A stretch of DNA of 64,000 nt from Okamejei kenojei (lineage: Eukaryota): the NCBI GenBank assembly GCA_035221665.1, contig CM069159.1:18290001-18354000 (forward strand), written 5' to 3'. Below, in pieces: positions 25,328-37,004 of this stretch (position 1 is the first letter of the stretch; every line of letters begins with the position of its first letter). The notes under the pieces were generated by a model that saw nothing but the letters and a program-made list of their open reading frames with translations, was not told where the DNA came from and searched no databases. A program made the position numbers and the translations under genes.

Positions 25328-25807
25328 CAGTAAACCCTCCTTTTAATGGACCTCGTTATAACAGATTTCAGTTAGAGCGGACGGCTGCCAATGCCACCCC
25401 CATTTTGCACCCTCCCTAGCCGCTTCTAGTCTGGGCTGGCAACGCCAGCTCAGGCTTGCGACGCTTCCCCAGCCGCTTACAGATCTGGCTTCTGCCACAC
25501 CACTCTGGTTTGCACTGCTTTCAGGTCGGTCCTTCTGCCTCCACCACCGACCCTTACCTGCACTCGGCCGCCCGCGGGCCACGATCATTGACTCCGCCGA
25601 TTCTCCTCTCTCCCCCGGGTCTCGACTTGAAACACCACCAATCAATATTCTCCAGATATGCTCCAGCACTTTGTGTCCTTTTAAGCAACTGCAGTTCTAC
25701 CACTTACACAATGATAATACCTTACTCTGTTGTAGCATACAATTGGCAATAACGACCATTAATTCCCCCCACCCTCCTCCCACGGTTTGTTATAACGAGT
25801 GTTTACT
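25328..25807. mobile_element. Tc1/mariner (pogo/Tigger-like) MITE with a nested hammerhead-family fragment (about 25615-25708)
   Basis: Left end CAGTAAACCCTCCTTTTAA..CTCGTTATAAC, right end GTTATAACGAGTGTTTACT, GC-rich interior. Confidence 0.6.
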
Positions 25808-27146
25808 TTTTTAGGAGACTTGCAAACAACTTATTTCTATGATATGTAATAAATCATAGGAAGCATTGCCATTAACATTGGCATGAACATTTTGCAAAGC
25901 AGGCAAAAACAGCACACGTACGTAACAACTTTGCAACAACTGAGGTCGACTGTTTTACTGCCAACATTGGGAAAAAAAGTGTGGCATGTGAGAAGGACAT
26001 AATGGTCTGTCATTTTAATGGATAACAAAATATCATCAAATCACAGGCAGTGCAATGAAATTGCTGTTATTTTTCTGCAGCAGTTTCTTGATTTATTTTT
26101 GTGGCTCACGACAAGATTTCAAGCAAATCACATTATTTTCCATCGTTTTTGGAAGACTAATTTTATTGCCCTTTTATTTTTGTATTGTGATTTATATCTA
26201 AGGGATTAAAGATATTTTATGGGAGATTGGTACAGATAATATGTACTTGTGTTGCATGCAGAGACAATGTAGGGACACCAACAGATTTGACTATTTCACT
26301 CCTCCGAGGGTCAATGTCGTTTATTTGTGAAAATCAAAAATATGTTTCTTGCATGAAATTATATTCCCAGCCAGCAACAGCCTACAGTCATCCAGAACTT
26401 GTTGAATAATGTGACATTACGCTGAAAGATGTCAATCTTCATGGCGAACATGAATGTAAAATTGTAGCATTGTTAAAGATCCTTTATTTTTGAGCCCTGT
26501 TTAAAACAAAACTATGCATTTTGAGTTGTGTAAAGTTCGCTAGATTTAATTTGATAATTGACTTTAATGTTGAACACATGTGAGTAATTTAAAACTTTTC
26601 TTCCCAAATATTACAAGAAGCCTTTTACAAATTAAGAGAGTGATCTAGCATTATCATTTTCGGAAGGAGCTTCAGGATTTAGTCCCTTCTCACCCAAACC
26701 ACCCCCTCCCAGGTGCTTTCCCCTGCAACTGCCAAGGACCCCGACAGTCTTTTCAAGTGAGGCAGAGGTTCACTTGCACCTCCAACATCTACTAGTCCAG
26801 GTGTGGACTCCAATATATCAGCGAAACCAAGCGCAGGCTTGGCGATCGTTTCACTGAACACCTCTACTCAGCCTAAACATACCTGATCTCTCGGTTGCTA
26901 AACAATTAAATTCCCCCTCCCATTCCCACACTGACCTTTCTGTCCTGGGCCTCCTCCATAGTCAGAGTGAGGCCCAGCACTAATTGGGGCAACAACACAT
27001 CATATTTCTCTTGGGCAGCTTGGGCAGTGGTATCAATATTGACTTCTCTAACTTCAAGTAACCCTTGCTTTCTCTCTCTCTCTCTCCATCCCTTCTCCTT
27101 CCCAGTTCTCTGACCAGTCTGATTGTCCCGGATTACATTTTATCTC

Positions 27147-27247
27147 AATCCAGTCTGAAGAAGGGTCTCGACCCGAAACGTCGCCTATCTCCTTCGCTCC
27201 TTAGATGCTGCTGCACCTGAGTTTCTCCAGCTTTTTGTGTACCCACC
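27147..27247 (+). mobile_element. Young short hammerhead-bearing PLE-derived insertion nested in the Penelope 3' UTR
   Basis: Flanked by the 9-bp direct repeat TTTTATCTC (27138-27146 and 27248-27256). Intact core at 27155-27182. Confidence 0.8.
27153..27185 (+). ncRNA. Minimal type I hammerhead ribozyme motif
   Basis: CTGAAGA, extra A, stem II GGGT-CTCG-ACCC, GAAA, C-GTC. Palindromic ACGT in place of stem III, predicted cleavage after C27182, very short stem I. Confidence 0.65.
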
Positions 27248-28566
27248 TTTTATCTCTGGTTGCTTTGTTGTCACCTTTTAGCTAAGAATGATCTATTCTA
27301 CATTTTCCTTAATCCTAATCCCCTTTGATGTTTCATTCTCACACCTTACTCTTCCTTATCTCCGTGTCTCTCCCTCTCCCCTGAGTTACAGTTTGAAGTA
27401 GGGTTTAAACCCGAAATGTCACCTATTCCTTCTACCCACAGATGCTGCCTGTCCCGTTGAGTTTCTCCAGCATTTTGTGTCTATCTATTTTGTTCTGCAG
27501 TTTTGCCGTGAAAGGAATTGAGTGAGAATTAGTTGACTATAGATCAGCAGTTCTGTGGATGCTTAGTGCACTTGATTTATCAGGCTCTTTGGGACACCTT
27601 TTAAAGTTCAAAGTTAAGAATAGCACAACATTACTGAAAGTGCATCGACGTACTTCGATTTTTTTTATCCCCTCTCTCTATTATACCTAGTTTTCCCTTT
27701 TAAATAGCACCTGAGAACTCTATTAGATATTTCACCAGACATAATGTTTGGATTTTGCAGAGGGCTTCAATAAATTGTGCTATCCAGCATCCATTTTGGT
27801 GTAATTAAAACAATGTCGAGATATCATAATTTCCCCCCCTAATATTTAATACCTCCATGAATGGCAGGGATAAGGTCAAAGAGGCATTGGATCAGCAGAG
27901 TAAGTTTCTGGAGCTGCAAGTTTAAATATCATTCATTTCATCACTTCACTAGTTTCAAACCTTGCTTTACCTTATTTTTGCAGTTGTCGCAGGATTAGCA
28001 AGTCTGAAGTCTTAGCTAATGTAAATCACAGAGAGCAAGGATGAACAGGGCTAAAATAATGGATGAGAATGTGCAATACAGGCAACCCCCATGCAACGGG
28101 GTGGTTCATAGACAAAGTGAATTTTAAAATTATTTTTATATTATGACTTCAGTTCTGTATTGATTTATTCCAGATTTTTGCTCAAATTCTGTGAGAGCCA
28201 AGTGGCCATTTTCAGTGGCTCAAAATTTTGAGTCACAATTTGAGAATTTGGTTAGGGCAAATTTTCCATCACCTGACCAGCTGTAACTTGGGGATTGGCT
28301 TAAATGCTAAGTGCAGATAATTTTTTTTAAATATATACAAAGTTCAACAAAGTGTTGCTGTAATATATTTTATTCATGGCTGTATGCCATGCAAGTCCAG
28401 TTTAGGGACAAATGTCTCGGACAGCAAAAAAACAGAGCTGTATTAAGTGGCCCTCTATTGGGTCGCATTTTTACTGAAATGAATTTGCACATATGGCAAC
28501 CTACATTATATATTTAATTTAATTGATCTTTTGTGCTTTATTTACTAATTCATCCTCTCTGTACAT

Positions 28567-28621
<55 letters not shown>
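28567..28621 (+). repeat. G homopolymer (55 nt)
   Basis: Uninterrupted G run. Confidence 0.9.
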
Positions 28622-28623
<2 letters not shown>

Positions 28624-29606
28624 GATGCTATTTAGCTGCTTGCTGTTTTATTTGTCTCATTCACTTTGTGGGATTTCTTGTTGACTGGATAGCTATTGGC
28701 AATATCTGGCATTTTTGAACCAGCCATATACGAACTCCCAGGTAGCAACTGTGAGCTTTTAGTTGTAATTTCTTTTTATGCAATTCCACCTGCCATCCTT
28801 TCTGTAAAGGTAGAGCACCCGAGAGATCAGTCCTCTTGCTGAATCAATTTGGTGATCCAGAATACAATTCTACTGTGTCACCTGTGCTTTTGCATTTCTT
28901 TTGTGTTGACAATACGAAGGAAGAAGCAAGGGCTTCAATCGCACAATACTTACAATTGAATTATTTACACTGTTTTTGAAGGTGAATATTTTCCCTTCTC
29001 CAAAACCCAATTCCCAAAGTTGTCCTGATTTTGGATTGATGTTACTGAATAATGTTGCAAGAAATCCCTTGTGAGAAGAGTCTGAGAATTACTGTATAAG
29101 AATATGAATAATAAAGTGACTGTTAGTTATAAACTGCCTAAAATTTGAACTTTAAGTTTTGTTATGCACTTTTGTGTTAATGTAAGTTTTCACAATGTTG
29201 AGTGGTCAGCATAAACAAACTTTTACTATAAATTGCTGTTTTCAGATTGATAGCTCTCTTTCCAAGTACTGATTGTTGTAAACCATTATCTTAAGCCCTA
29301 CCTCCTGTACCATCACCAATAGCATTTACTTGAAGCCCATGACTGCGTCACTAAGATGGTGACCATTTACTGCTGCTGCACAAGTCCCTTTCCCCAAGTT
29401 ATTGGAATAAACTACACTTAAGGATCTTTCCTGTCCAGACTCTGAACGTTGTCCTCATCTCATTTTCCATTGATTGTCCCGTCCCCCCCTTCTTCTAACT
29501 TTTCTTGGTGATGAATTAGACATTTTACAGCCTTGAGTCAATTCCAATTCAATTGCTCACATTCCAACGTCCCTGCCAGTCACGCTTTTTAGTTGCTGGT
29601 GTTAAC

Positions 29607-30125
29607 TTTTTTTAACAATTTACTTGATTAGAAGCAAAAGGAGAAAGTAATCGACATAACAATGATACAATTTTCATACTGCTTCAGTTTTAACATTTTA
29701 TAAACTAATAACTAAATCGGGGGAAAAAAAGAAAAGAAAAAGAAAAGAAAGAATTCAGAAAAAGACACGAAAGTGAAAAAAGAAAAAACCCTGAACTAAC
29801 GAGGAAGTGAAAGAAGCGGAGATATATCCCACTACCCTTCCCTACGCCCGCTCACCCGACCCTAGCGTCGGTTTTGAATTTGTGTTCAACCCTTATGATG
29901 TTGAAATTCAATGAAAGGAGACCATATTTTGGAAAATTGATCTGGTTTGTCAGTCAAGACAAGCCTTATTTTTTCTAGATGTAGTGCCTCGGTCATTTCT
30001 GTGATCCACATCTTCACTGTGGGGACTGTTATCTTTTTCCAGAATTTATTTATAAGTTTATTTGCTGTGATTAAACCATAGTCAAGGATGCGTCTTTGTG
30101 ATAACTGTTTTTTAAGCGTATCATT
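29607..30125 (-). mobile_element. L1-clade LINE 3' end (ORF2 C-terminus, 3' UTR, A-tail)
   Basis: ORF 29886-30179(-) contains LDYGLITANKLINKFWKKITVPTVKMWITEMTEALHLEKIRLVLTDKPDQFSKIWSPF, typical of a fish-type L1 ORF2 C-terminus. The T-run at 29607-29613 corresponds to the A-tail. Confidence 0.85.
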
Positions 30126-30829
30126 CCCTAACACTTCGAAATCTGTCATTGTTACATCGCCCTCAAAAACAGCCAGCACACGTTCTCTCCAGCCTTGTAA
30201 ACGGCTGGCCTACTTTCATACTTTTTCTTCTTTTAAGGCCCCAAACCACGACCTATGTTTCCAACTCACTCAGATGCTGGAACAGCACTCAACTGAACGG
30301 TGTGACTTGGTGTCAACAACGTATTGTAAACGCTTCATTTGCTGAAATCTCAAATCAATTATCTCTGGAATTAAGATCCTTAAATCACTGACCAGAATGT
30401 TGTTATATCTCCGCAAAGTTGTTGCTAGATTGTAGCTATCAATGTTTCTGTAAACAAACACTGCAAGGCATCGGATATTTCTTTAAAGTCGCAATAAAAA
30501 TTGATATTGTTCACTGTAATTTCATTCGGAGTCATTAATAAGTGTCCCAAAGTGTTAACACTCAACAAACAAGTTTTTTTTTTATGGGATAGTTCAACAC
30601 TGTGAACAGTTGAAGAACTCCAGATCATTGCAGGTATGCAGGCTACATTTATTTAATCCATGGTCATTAACAACAATTGCCATAAGTTATTAATTTGTTT
30701 GCTCTGATTCTCCTCACTATGTCAAATGCAAAATGTATTTGTTCATCACAAAAGAAAAGTCGGACATTCAGCCCATTGAAGACTAGCCAATGTTGTTCCT
30801 TTATTGAAGAAGAGGTAATCCCAGAAATG

Positions 30830-32370
30830 ATAGATGGGCGCACCTCACATCAGTGGTTGGGAAGCTATCGGGGAGAATTCTTCGGGATAGGATTTGCTTG
30901 CATTTACAAGGGTATGAGGTAATGATGACTCGTCAGTGTGGTTTTATCCATGGGAAGTCGTGTCTTCCAAAATTAATTTAGTTTTTAAGGAGGTGACGAT
31001 GGTGATCGATGAGTGGATGGAGTCACATGGATTTTACTAAGGCATTTAATAAAGTCCCTCATGGTAGGCTAATCCAGAACATTAAGATGCATGAAATCCA
31101 TGGTGGCTTTGTTGTTTGCATTCAGCTGGCAAATAGAAGACAAAGGGTTCTGCTGGAAAGGTGTTAATCTGGCTGGAGGTCTGTGACCGGTCCTATCAAG
31201 AGTTCTGTGCTGGGGCCTCTGTTGTTTGTGACATATATATATACGATTTGGACTTTAATGTAGCTGAGTAACTTTGTAGACGACACCTAAATTGGTGGAG
31301 TTGCAGACGTGGAGGAGGAGCAGGAGTAGGCCATTCGGCCCTTCGAGCCAGCACCGCCATTCGCTGTGATCATGGCTGATCATCCACAATCAGTACCCCG
31401 TTCCTGCCTTCTCCCCATACCCCTTGACTCCGCTATCTTTAAGAGCCCTATCTAACTCTCTCTTGAAAGCATCCAGCGAATTTGCCTCCACTGCCTTCTG
31501 TGGCAGAGAAGTCTAAGTATATTGTGGGATATGGATCAGCTGCAGAAATGGCAAAGAGAGCTTAAAATGAACAAATGTCATATTTTGCACTTTGCGACAT
31601 TGAATGCAAGGGAAAGGTATGCAGTTAATGGCAACTCTAAACAACATTGATGTACAGAGGGATCTTGTGGTCCAAGTCCACAGTTCCCTGAAAGTAGTAA
31701 CACAAAGATAAACTGGTAAAGAAGCCATATGGTATGCACAGGTTATTGGTGTGGTATGCATTGATTTGTAGACCCAGCAAGTCATGATTCAGCTTGACAG
31801 GACATTGTAAGGCTGCATTTGGAATATTGTTGCAATTCTAGTCGCCCCAGTACTTGAAGGACATGCAAGCTTTGGAGAGAGTTCGGGCGAGGTTTACTAG
31901 AATTACACCTTGATTGAAGGATATTATCTATCAGGAGAAGTTGGGAAAAACTGATTATGTCTCTGGAACATCAGAGATTAACAGGAGACCTGATAGAAAG
32001 AAGATAACATGATGAGTGGCATAGATAGGGTGGATAGTCAAAACCTTTTCTCCCCACAATGAAGATGTTATGAACCGAGGGGGGGGGGGGGGGGGCAAGA
32101 GTGTTAAGGTGAGCAGTGCAAACTTTAAAGGCTATATTCAGGGCAAGTTTATACACAGAGTAGTGGGTACATGGAATGTGCCTCCAGGGATGGTGATGGA
32201 AGCAAATATAATAGTGGCTTTTGAGAAGCTTTTAGATAAGCACGTAGATATCCAGGGAATGGAGGGGTACGGATCATGTGCAGGCAGAGGAGATAAGTTT
32301 AATTGGCATCATTTTCGGCGTGGACATTGTGGGCTGAAAGGCCTGTTCCTGTGTTGTCCCTTTCATTGTA
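30830..32370 (+). mobile_element. CR1-type LINE RT fragment with a nested minus-strand CR1 3' tail (about 31310-31510)
   Basis: Degenerate RT motifs DFTKAFNKVPH, SVLGPLLF, FVDDT.IGG, and VVGTWN..P. Confidence 0.85.
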
Positions 32371-32777
32371 TCTTTGATGTTTACAAATACACAGGACTAG
32401 ATGTTAAAAGTCCAAAGTGCCAAATATCAATTTACTCCCGATGGTGATGGAAGCCTTCTGCACTCACCTTACACTCCGATGTTGAGACAGGCTAGGCAGA
32501 CATGTCATTGGGGTTATCAAGTGGGCACCTACTTTCACCGACGTTTCGCTGATTGAACCCGCGACGCCTCCAGTAGGCTCAGCGGTGCTTTCTGGCCTCC
32601 CAGATGATTAAAGAACACATCCATTAATGATGGATTAAAAACACATCCTGACATCTATTCCCCTGCAAACTATTCTTATTTGCTTATCAACTCCCCTCTC
32701 CCATTTCTCACCTGAGCTGGTCAGTTTACAAAAGCATATAACCCAGTGACCACACCAGAGCACTCAGAAGAAACATG

Positions 32778-32910
32778 TTTATTTTATTTTATTGTCACGT
32801 GCACCGAGGTACAGCGAACACCTTTTTTTGGTGCATGCTATCTAGTCAAAGGAAAGACCATACATGATTTTTAATCAAGCACTCCACAGCGTACCGATAA
32901 ATAAAGATTT
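32778..32910 (-). repeat. Interspersed repeat 3' end, shared with 41178-41310
   Basis: TTTATTGTCAC.TG.ACCG..TGCTATC.AGTCA..GGAAAGAC.AT.CATGATT occurs at both loci. Confidence 0.6.
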
Positions 32911-33051
32911 TAAACAGTGAAGTGATTGTTATGTATGATAGCCAATCCTCTTCTGGGACCAGCACGCAAAGAGTCGCCTGGGTCTGGCGCCATCGTGAGG
33001 TTGGAGTGGCCACAGAGAACATGCAAACTCCACACTGACAATTTGCAAGTG

Positions 33052-33148
33052 GAAGATAGGCACAAATTGCTGGAGTAATTCAGCGGGACAGGCAGCATCT
33101 CTGGAGAGAAGGAATGGGTGAGGTTTTGGGTTGAGACTCTTCTACAGA
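33052..33148 (-). mobile_element. Hammerhead-family short element nested in a SINE
   Basis: GCTGGAGTAATTCAGCGGGACAGGCAGCATCTCTGGAGAGAAGGAATGGGTGA. Confidence 0.75.
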
Positions 33149-33409
33149 TGATGGATTCTGGATTGTTGGAGCTGAGGCATTGCACTAGCTACTGCACCAC
33201 TGTGCCACCCTGACAATGAATGTGTCATCACTTGCCATAGTATTAATGTTGCCAATCCAAATTATTGGCATTGTGAAGCAATATTTATTCAATTTGCACA
33301 AATAATGCATATTTAGAGTTAATGCCTTCTCAGTATACAGTCAATAACAATCAGAGGTAGTGCATATTTAATAACCTTGTAATTATAAAAATGATTCAGT
33401 GTCACCTGT

Positions 33410-33720
33410 GACGCGGTTGGTGGCATCTGCTTCTGAGTCAGAAGCTTCCGATGAGCTCTTTCACTGTTGGAAATGACACATCTTAGAGAAGATGTTGAAC
33501 CGTTCCCACTGCTCTGTCAGCTTCATGTAGATACATCCCATGGACTCTTGAATGCAAGATTGGTGAAGTTACTTATTCAACTTAACTCTAATATAATAAT
33601 TTGTCATTAGCATACCGACGTTTGGCTATCACATTTCTTGCACCACAACAGTGATTCCAATTCACAGATGCTCAACTAGCTTTAGCTGGCTTTGGGATAT
33701 CCTGAACGGCCTGCAAAAGG
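33410..33720 (+). mobile_element. Ancient Deu-domain SINE, degenerate
   Basis: GCTTCTGAGTCAGAAG..CACTGTTGGA..GAAGATGTTGAACCG..ATCCCATGGAC..ACAACAGTGA..GCTTTGGGATATCCTGA. Confidence 0.5.
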
Positions 33721-33825
33721 TGGAATCCAACTTCCAGTCTTTTCATTTTAATAAGGTTCACATGGACTAATATTTCAATTCAAAAAATATTTATTTATAA
33801 ACACTCTTAACCAATCTTTTCTTAA

Positions 33826-33952
33826 GTCTGAAGAAGAGTCCTGGCCTGAAAAATCACGTATTCATGTTCTCCAGAGATGCTGCCTGATTCTCTGAGTTAC
33901 TCCAGCATTTTATGTGGTTTTTTTTTAGATAAACAAATATCTGTAATTCTTT
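33826..33952 (+). mobile_element. Hammerhead-family short element
   Basis: GTCTGAAGAAGAGTCCTGGCCTGAAA..CTCCAGAGATGCTGCCTG..CTGAGTTACTCCAGCATTTT. Confidence 0.7.
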
Positions 33953-34393
33953 GCAATTCTAAGCAATATATTTTCTATTTGTAGTAACAATCTAACTCAA
34001 TTTTGTATCCGAAAGGTGTTTTGCAAACATGTTTTGAGAGAATAACAATTCGTAATTCAAAATTAAATGCGATATTATTTTACGTTAGTTTGTGGAATAA
34101 CTGTTCTGCGTCATTACAGCAGTTGTCCATGCATTCCTTCCATATTATTATGGCAGATTTGCAGGTTTTATTCAATTATTGACACATTTATACTGTAGAA
34201 GTTGGAGTGTAGTCAAAAAAATGTCTTTCTTCCGTAGTTATGATATGAATAACACATTATTTCACAAAGTTATCCTGTTTTAATACCCTATTAACCTTCA
34301 AGCACTGTTCCAAGAATTAGCCTTTGTAGTTATAAGAGTCCACCAGCACGTATTTCGCAATGGTACTCTCACAGGTAGTAATTAATGTTCTTT

Positions 34394-34660
34394 GTGTTCA
34401 TGAAGGAACTGCAGATGCTGGAGAATCGAGGGTACACAAAAGGCTGGAGAAACTCAGCGGGTGCAGCAGCATCTAAGGAGCGAAGGAGATAGGCGATGTT
34501 TCGGGTCGAGACCCTTCTTCAGACTGGTCAGGGATCAGGGAAAAGATCCCTGATCCCTGACCGGTCTGAAGAAGGGTCTCGACCCGAAACGTCGCCTATC
34601 TCCTTCGCTCCTTAGATGCTGCTGCACCCGCTGAGTTTTTCCAGCCTTTTGTGTACCCCC
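34394..34660. mobile_element. Young fold-back (inverted) hammerhead-bearing PLE-derived element
   Basis: 112-bp arms 34430-34541 and 34547-34658 with 3 mismatches and a 5-nt loop. 36-bp unpaired tail at 34394-34429. 14-bp direct repeat AATTAATGTTCTTT at 34380-34393 and 34661-34674. Confidence 0.9.
34563..34596 (+). ncRNA. Minimal type I hammerhead ribozyme motif
   Basis: GGT-CTGAAGA-A-GGGT-CTCG-ACCC-GAAA-C-GTC-GCC: intact core, 3-bp stem I (GGT/GCC), predicted cleavage after C34593. Confidence 0.7.
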
Positions 34661-35547
34661 AATTAATGTTCTTTCATCTGTTTTCGATGAGGCTTTGTGA
34701 GTCTTCCAGTGGAACCAGAGCATAAATGAGTCAAGAAACATTGACGTGGTTTGAAACCACATCTGAATCAAACCTGTTTAATTTCCTGCAGGTTCTTCTT
34801 TTGAATATAAAAGTGCTCGTTGGACATGTCGTCTTTGGACATAGCTCATCCTAAGTTTTGCATTATAGCAGGTACATCCTAAAGAACATTCCACACAGCA
34901 GACATTTCACAAGCTCGGATATACATAAATGACAGCTTTGAATTATTTTTAAATAGGATGATCTCCCCTTGTGTGTTTAGAAAACATATTAATATAAATT
35001 ATTTTGAATTCAGCTTTTTTCAGTTTGGTATAATTAAATATTTTTCTATTTTTAGATTCTGCCAGTTAGCACATTGCAATTTTTTTTTTCATGACTGCTG
35101 ATATTTATTGCAGATGGAAGCCATCCAGTATTGCACCCTTCAGTAAACACTGACCACTTTCCCCCGAGCTTCTGTGTCAATCCACCACATTTGATGCCTG
35201 GATGACGAGGAATCTAATAAAGTCAATTTTTTTTCTTGTGTGTTGCTTGATCTTGAGAATTTCATGGGTCACATCGTCCATCTCCAAGACTGCCTGTGTA
35301 ATACTTCATCCAATATCGTTGAAGTTCGCATTGCATCATTTGAAAGTCAATGGCCTGGATTTTACAGTAATAATGGCAAAACTAAAAGTGTTTGCTGTCA
35401 TTATTCTGTACGTACATAGTTTACCAGTTGTGATTGTAACCACAGGCTGGATGTATGGTGCTTCCAATGTTGAAACTCACTCCGGAAATGCTCTTCCAGG
35501 TACGTACTTCTATAATATATTGGTGAGAAGAAAGTGAGGTAAACTTT

Positions 35548-35902
35548 AGATAGACACAAAATTCTGGAGTAACTCAGCGAACCATGCAACATCTCTGGAG
35601 AGAAGGAATAGATGGCGTTTCGGGTCAAGATCCTTCTTCAGACTAGAGTCAGGGTTCCTTAATGTTGGTTAACTCAAGATCTGCAGGTGTAGGAAAGAAC
35701 TGCAGGTGCTGGTTTAAATCAAAGATAGACACAAAATGCTGGAGTAACTCTGTGGGACAGGCTGCATCTTTGGAGAGAAGGAATGGGTGACGTTTCGGGT
35801 CCAGACCATTCTTCAGACTGAAGAAGTCTCAACCCGAAATGTCACCCATTCCTTTTCCAGAGAGACTGTCCCGCTGAGTTGCTTCAGCATTTTGTGCCTA
35901 TT
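35548..35902. mobile_element. Two adjacent hammerhead-family elements: 35548-35654 on the minus strand and an inverted pair with tail at 35687-35902
   Basis: Repeated consensus. The inverted junction CTTCTTCAG/CTGAAGAAG-like is at about 35809-35826. Confidence 0.8.
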
Positions 35903-36174
35903 TTCAAGATTTCTTTACAACATTTGGGAATTGGTCTGTTTTTTTCAGTAATGGTACTGCTTGAATATGCTGTGTGAAATCCATGTTTTTCCAGGAACAT
36001 TCCTTCTTACTGACCGGGCACTCTGCCACCTTTGTACTCATTGAATTCTTCAACTTCAGATAAACTGCTGTCTCATAATTTCCCATCATGCTAATATCCT
36101 TTTCTCAGTTCCTTTCCATAAATTGTCTCCCATTTGGTCAGCACTCATGTTGCTTATTATGTGTGTTGTATATT

Positions 36175-36965
36175 ATGTGAGGTTATCCACTTTGGTAGCA
36201 ACAACAGGAAGACAGATTACTATCTAAATGGCGTCAAGTTGGGAAAAGGGGAAGTACAACGGGATCTGGGTGTCCTTGTTCATCAGTCTATGAAAGTAAG
36301 CATGCGGGTACAGCAGGCAGTGAAGAAAGCGAATGGCATGTTGGCCTTTATAACAAGAGGAGTTGAGTATAGGAGCAAAGTGGTCCTTCTGCAGTTGTAC
36401 AGGGCCCATGTGAGACCACACATGGCGTATTGTGTGCAGTTTTGCTCCCCTAATGTGAGGAAGGACATTCTTGCTATTGAGGGAGTGCAGCGTAGGTTTA
36501 CAAGGTTAATTCCCGGGATGGCAGGACTGTCGTATGCTGAGAGAATGGAGCGGCTGGGCTTGTACACTCTGCAGTTTAGAAGGATGAGAGGACATCTTAT
36601 TGAAACATATAAGATTGTTAAGGGTTTGGACACGCTAGAGGCAAGAAACATGTTCCCGATGTTGGGGGAGTCCAGAACCAGGGGCCATAGTTTAAGAATA
36701 AGGGGTAAGCCATTTAGAATGTAGATGAGGAAACACTTTTTCTCACAGAGTGGTGAGTGTGGAATTCTCTGCCTCAGGAGGAGGCCAGTTCTCTGGATTT
36801 TTTCAAGAGGGAGCTAGATAGAGCTCTTAAAGATAGCGAAGTCAGGGGATATGGGGAGAAGGCAGGAACGGGGTACTGACGGAGGATGATCAGCCGTGAT
36901 CACATTGAATGGCGGTGCTGGCTCGAAGGGCCGAATGACCTAATCCTGCACCTATTGTCTATTAT
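36175..36965 (+). mobile_element. Young CR1/HER1-type LINE, 5'-truncated (ORF2 C-terminus plus 3' UTR)
   Basis: Open frame CEVIHFG..RDLGVLVH..AVKKANGMLAFI..LYRAHVRPHMAYCVQF..IEGVQRRFTRLIPG..SRTRGHSL, ending in the tail GAAGGGCCGAATG..CCTGCACCTATTGTCTA. Confidence 0.93.
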
Positions 36966-37004
36966 TAACTGAGCTACCTTCGTCAATCTCCATGTAGGCT
37001 TTTA

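Larger units (their letters stand above)
26682..27486 (+). mobile_element. Penelope-like retroelement 3' portion: degenerate GIY-YIG endonuclease C-terminus, 3' UTR and hammerhead-bearing terminal repeat
   Basis: Frameshifted translation FPCN..QSFQVRQRFTCTSN..SRCGLQYISETKRRLGDRFTEHL..NSPSHSHTDLSVLGLLH..QQHIIFLLGSL..GINIDFSNFK* (TAA at 27059-27061). Degenerate hammerhead repeat at about 27388-27486. Confidence 0.88.

Noticed and set aside
28078-28302. Possible Tigger-like MITE (TACAGGCAACCCCC ... GGGGATTGGCTTA)
   Set aside because: The terminal match is too short and degenerate to support a call.
36134-36724. 196-aa ORF, the longest in the window, as a host gene
   Set aside because: It is the C-terminal ORF2 region of a 5'-truncated CR1 LINE.
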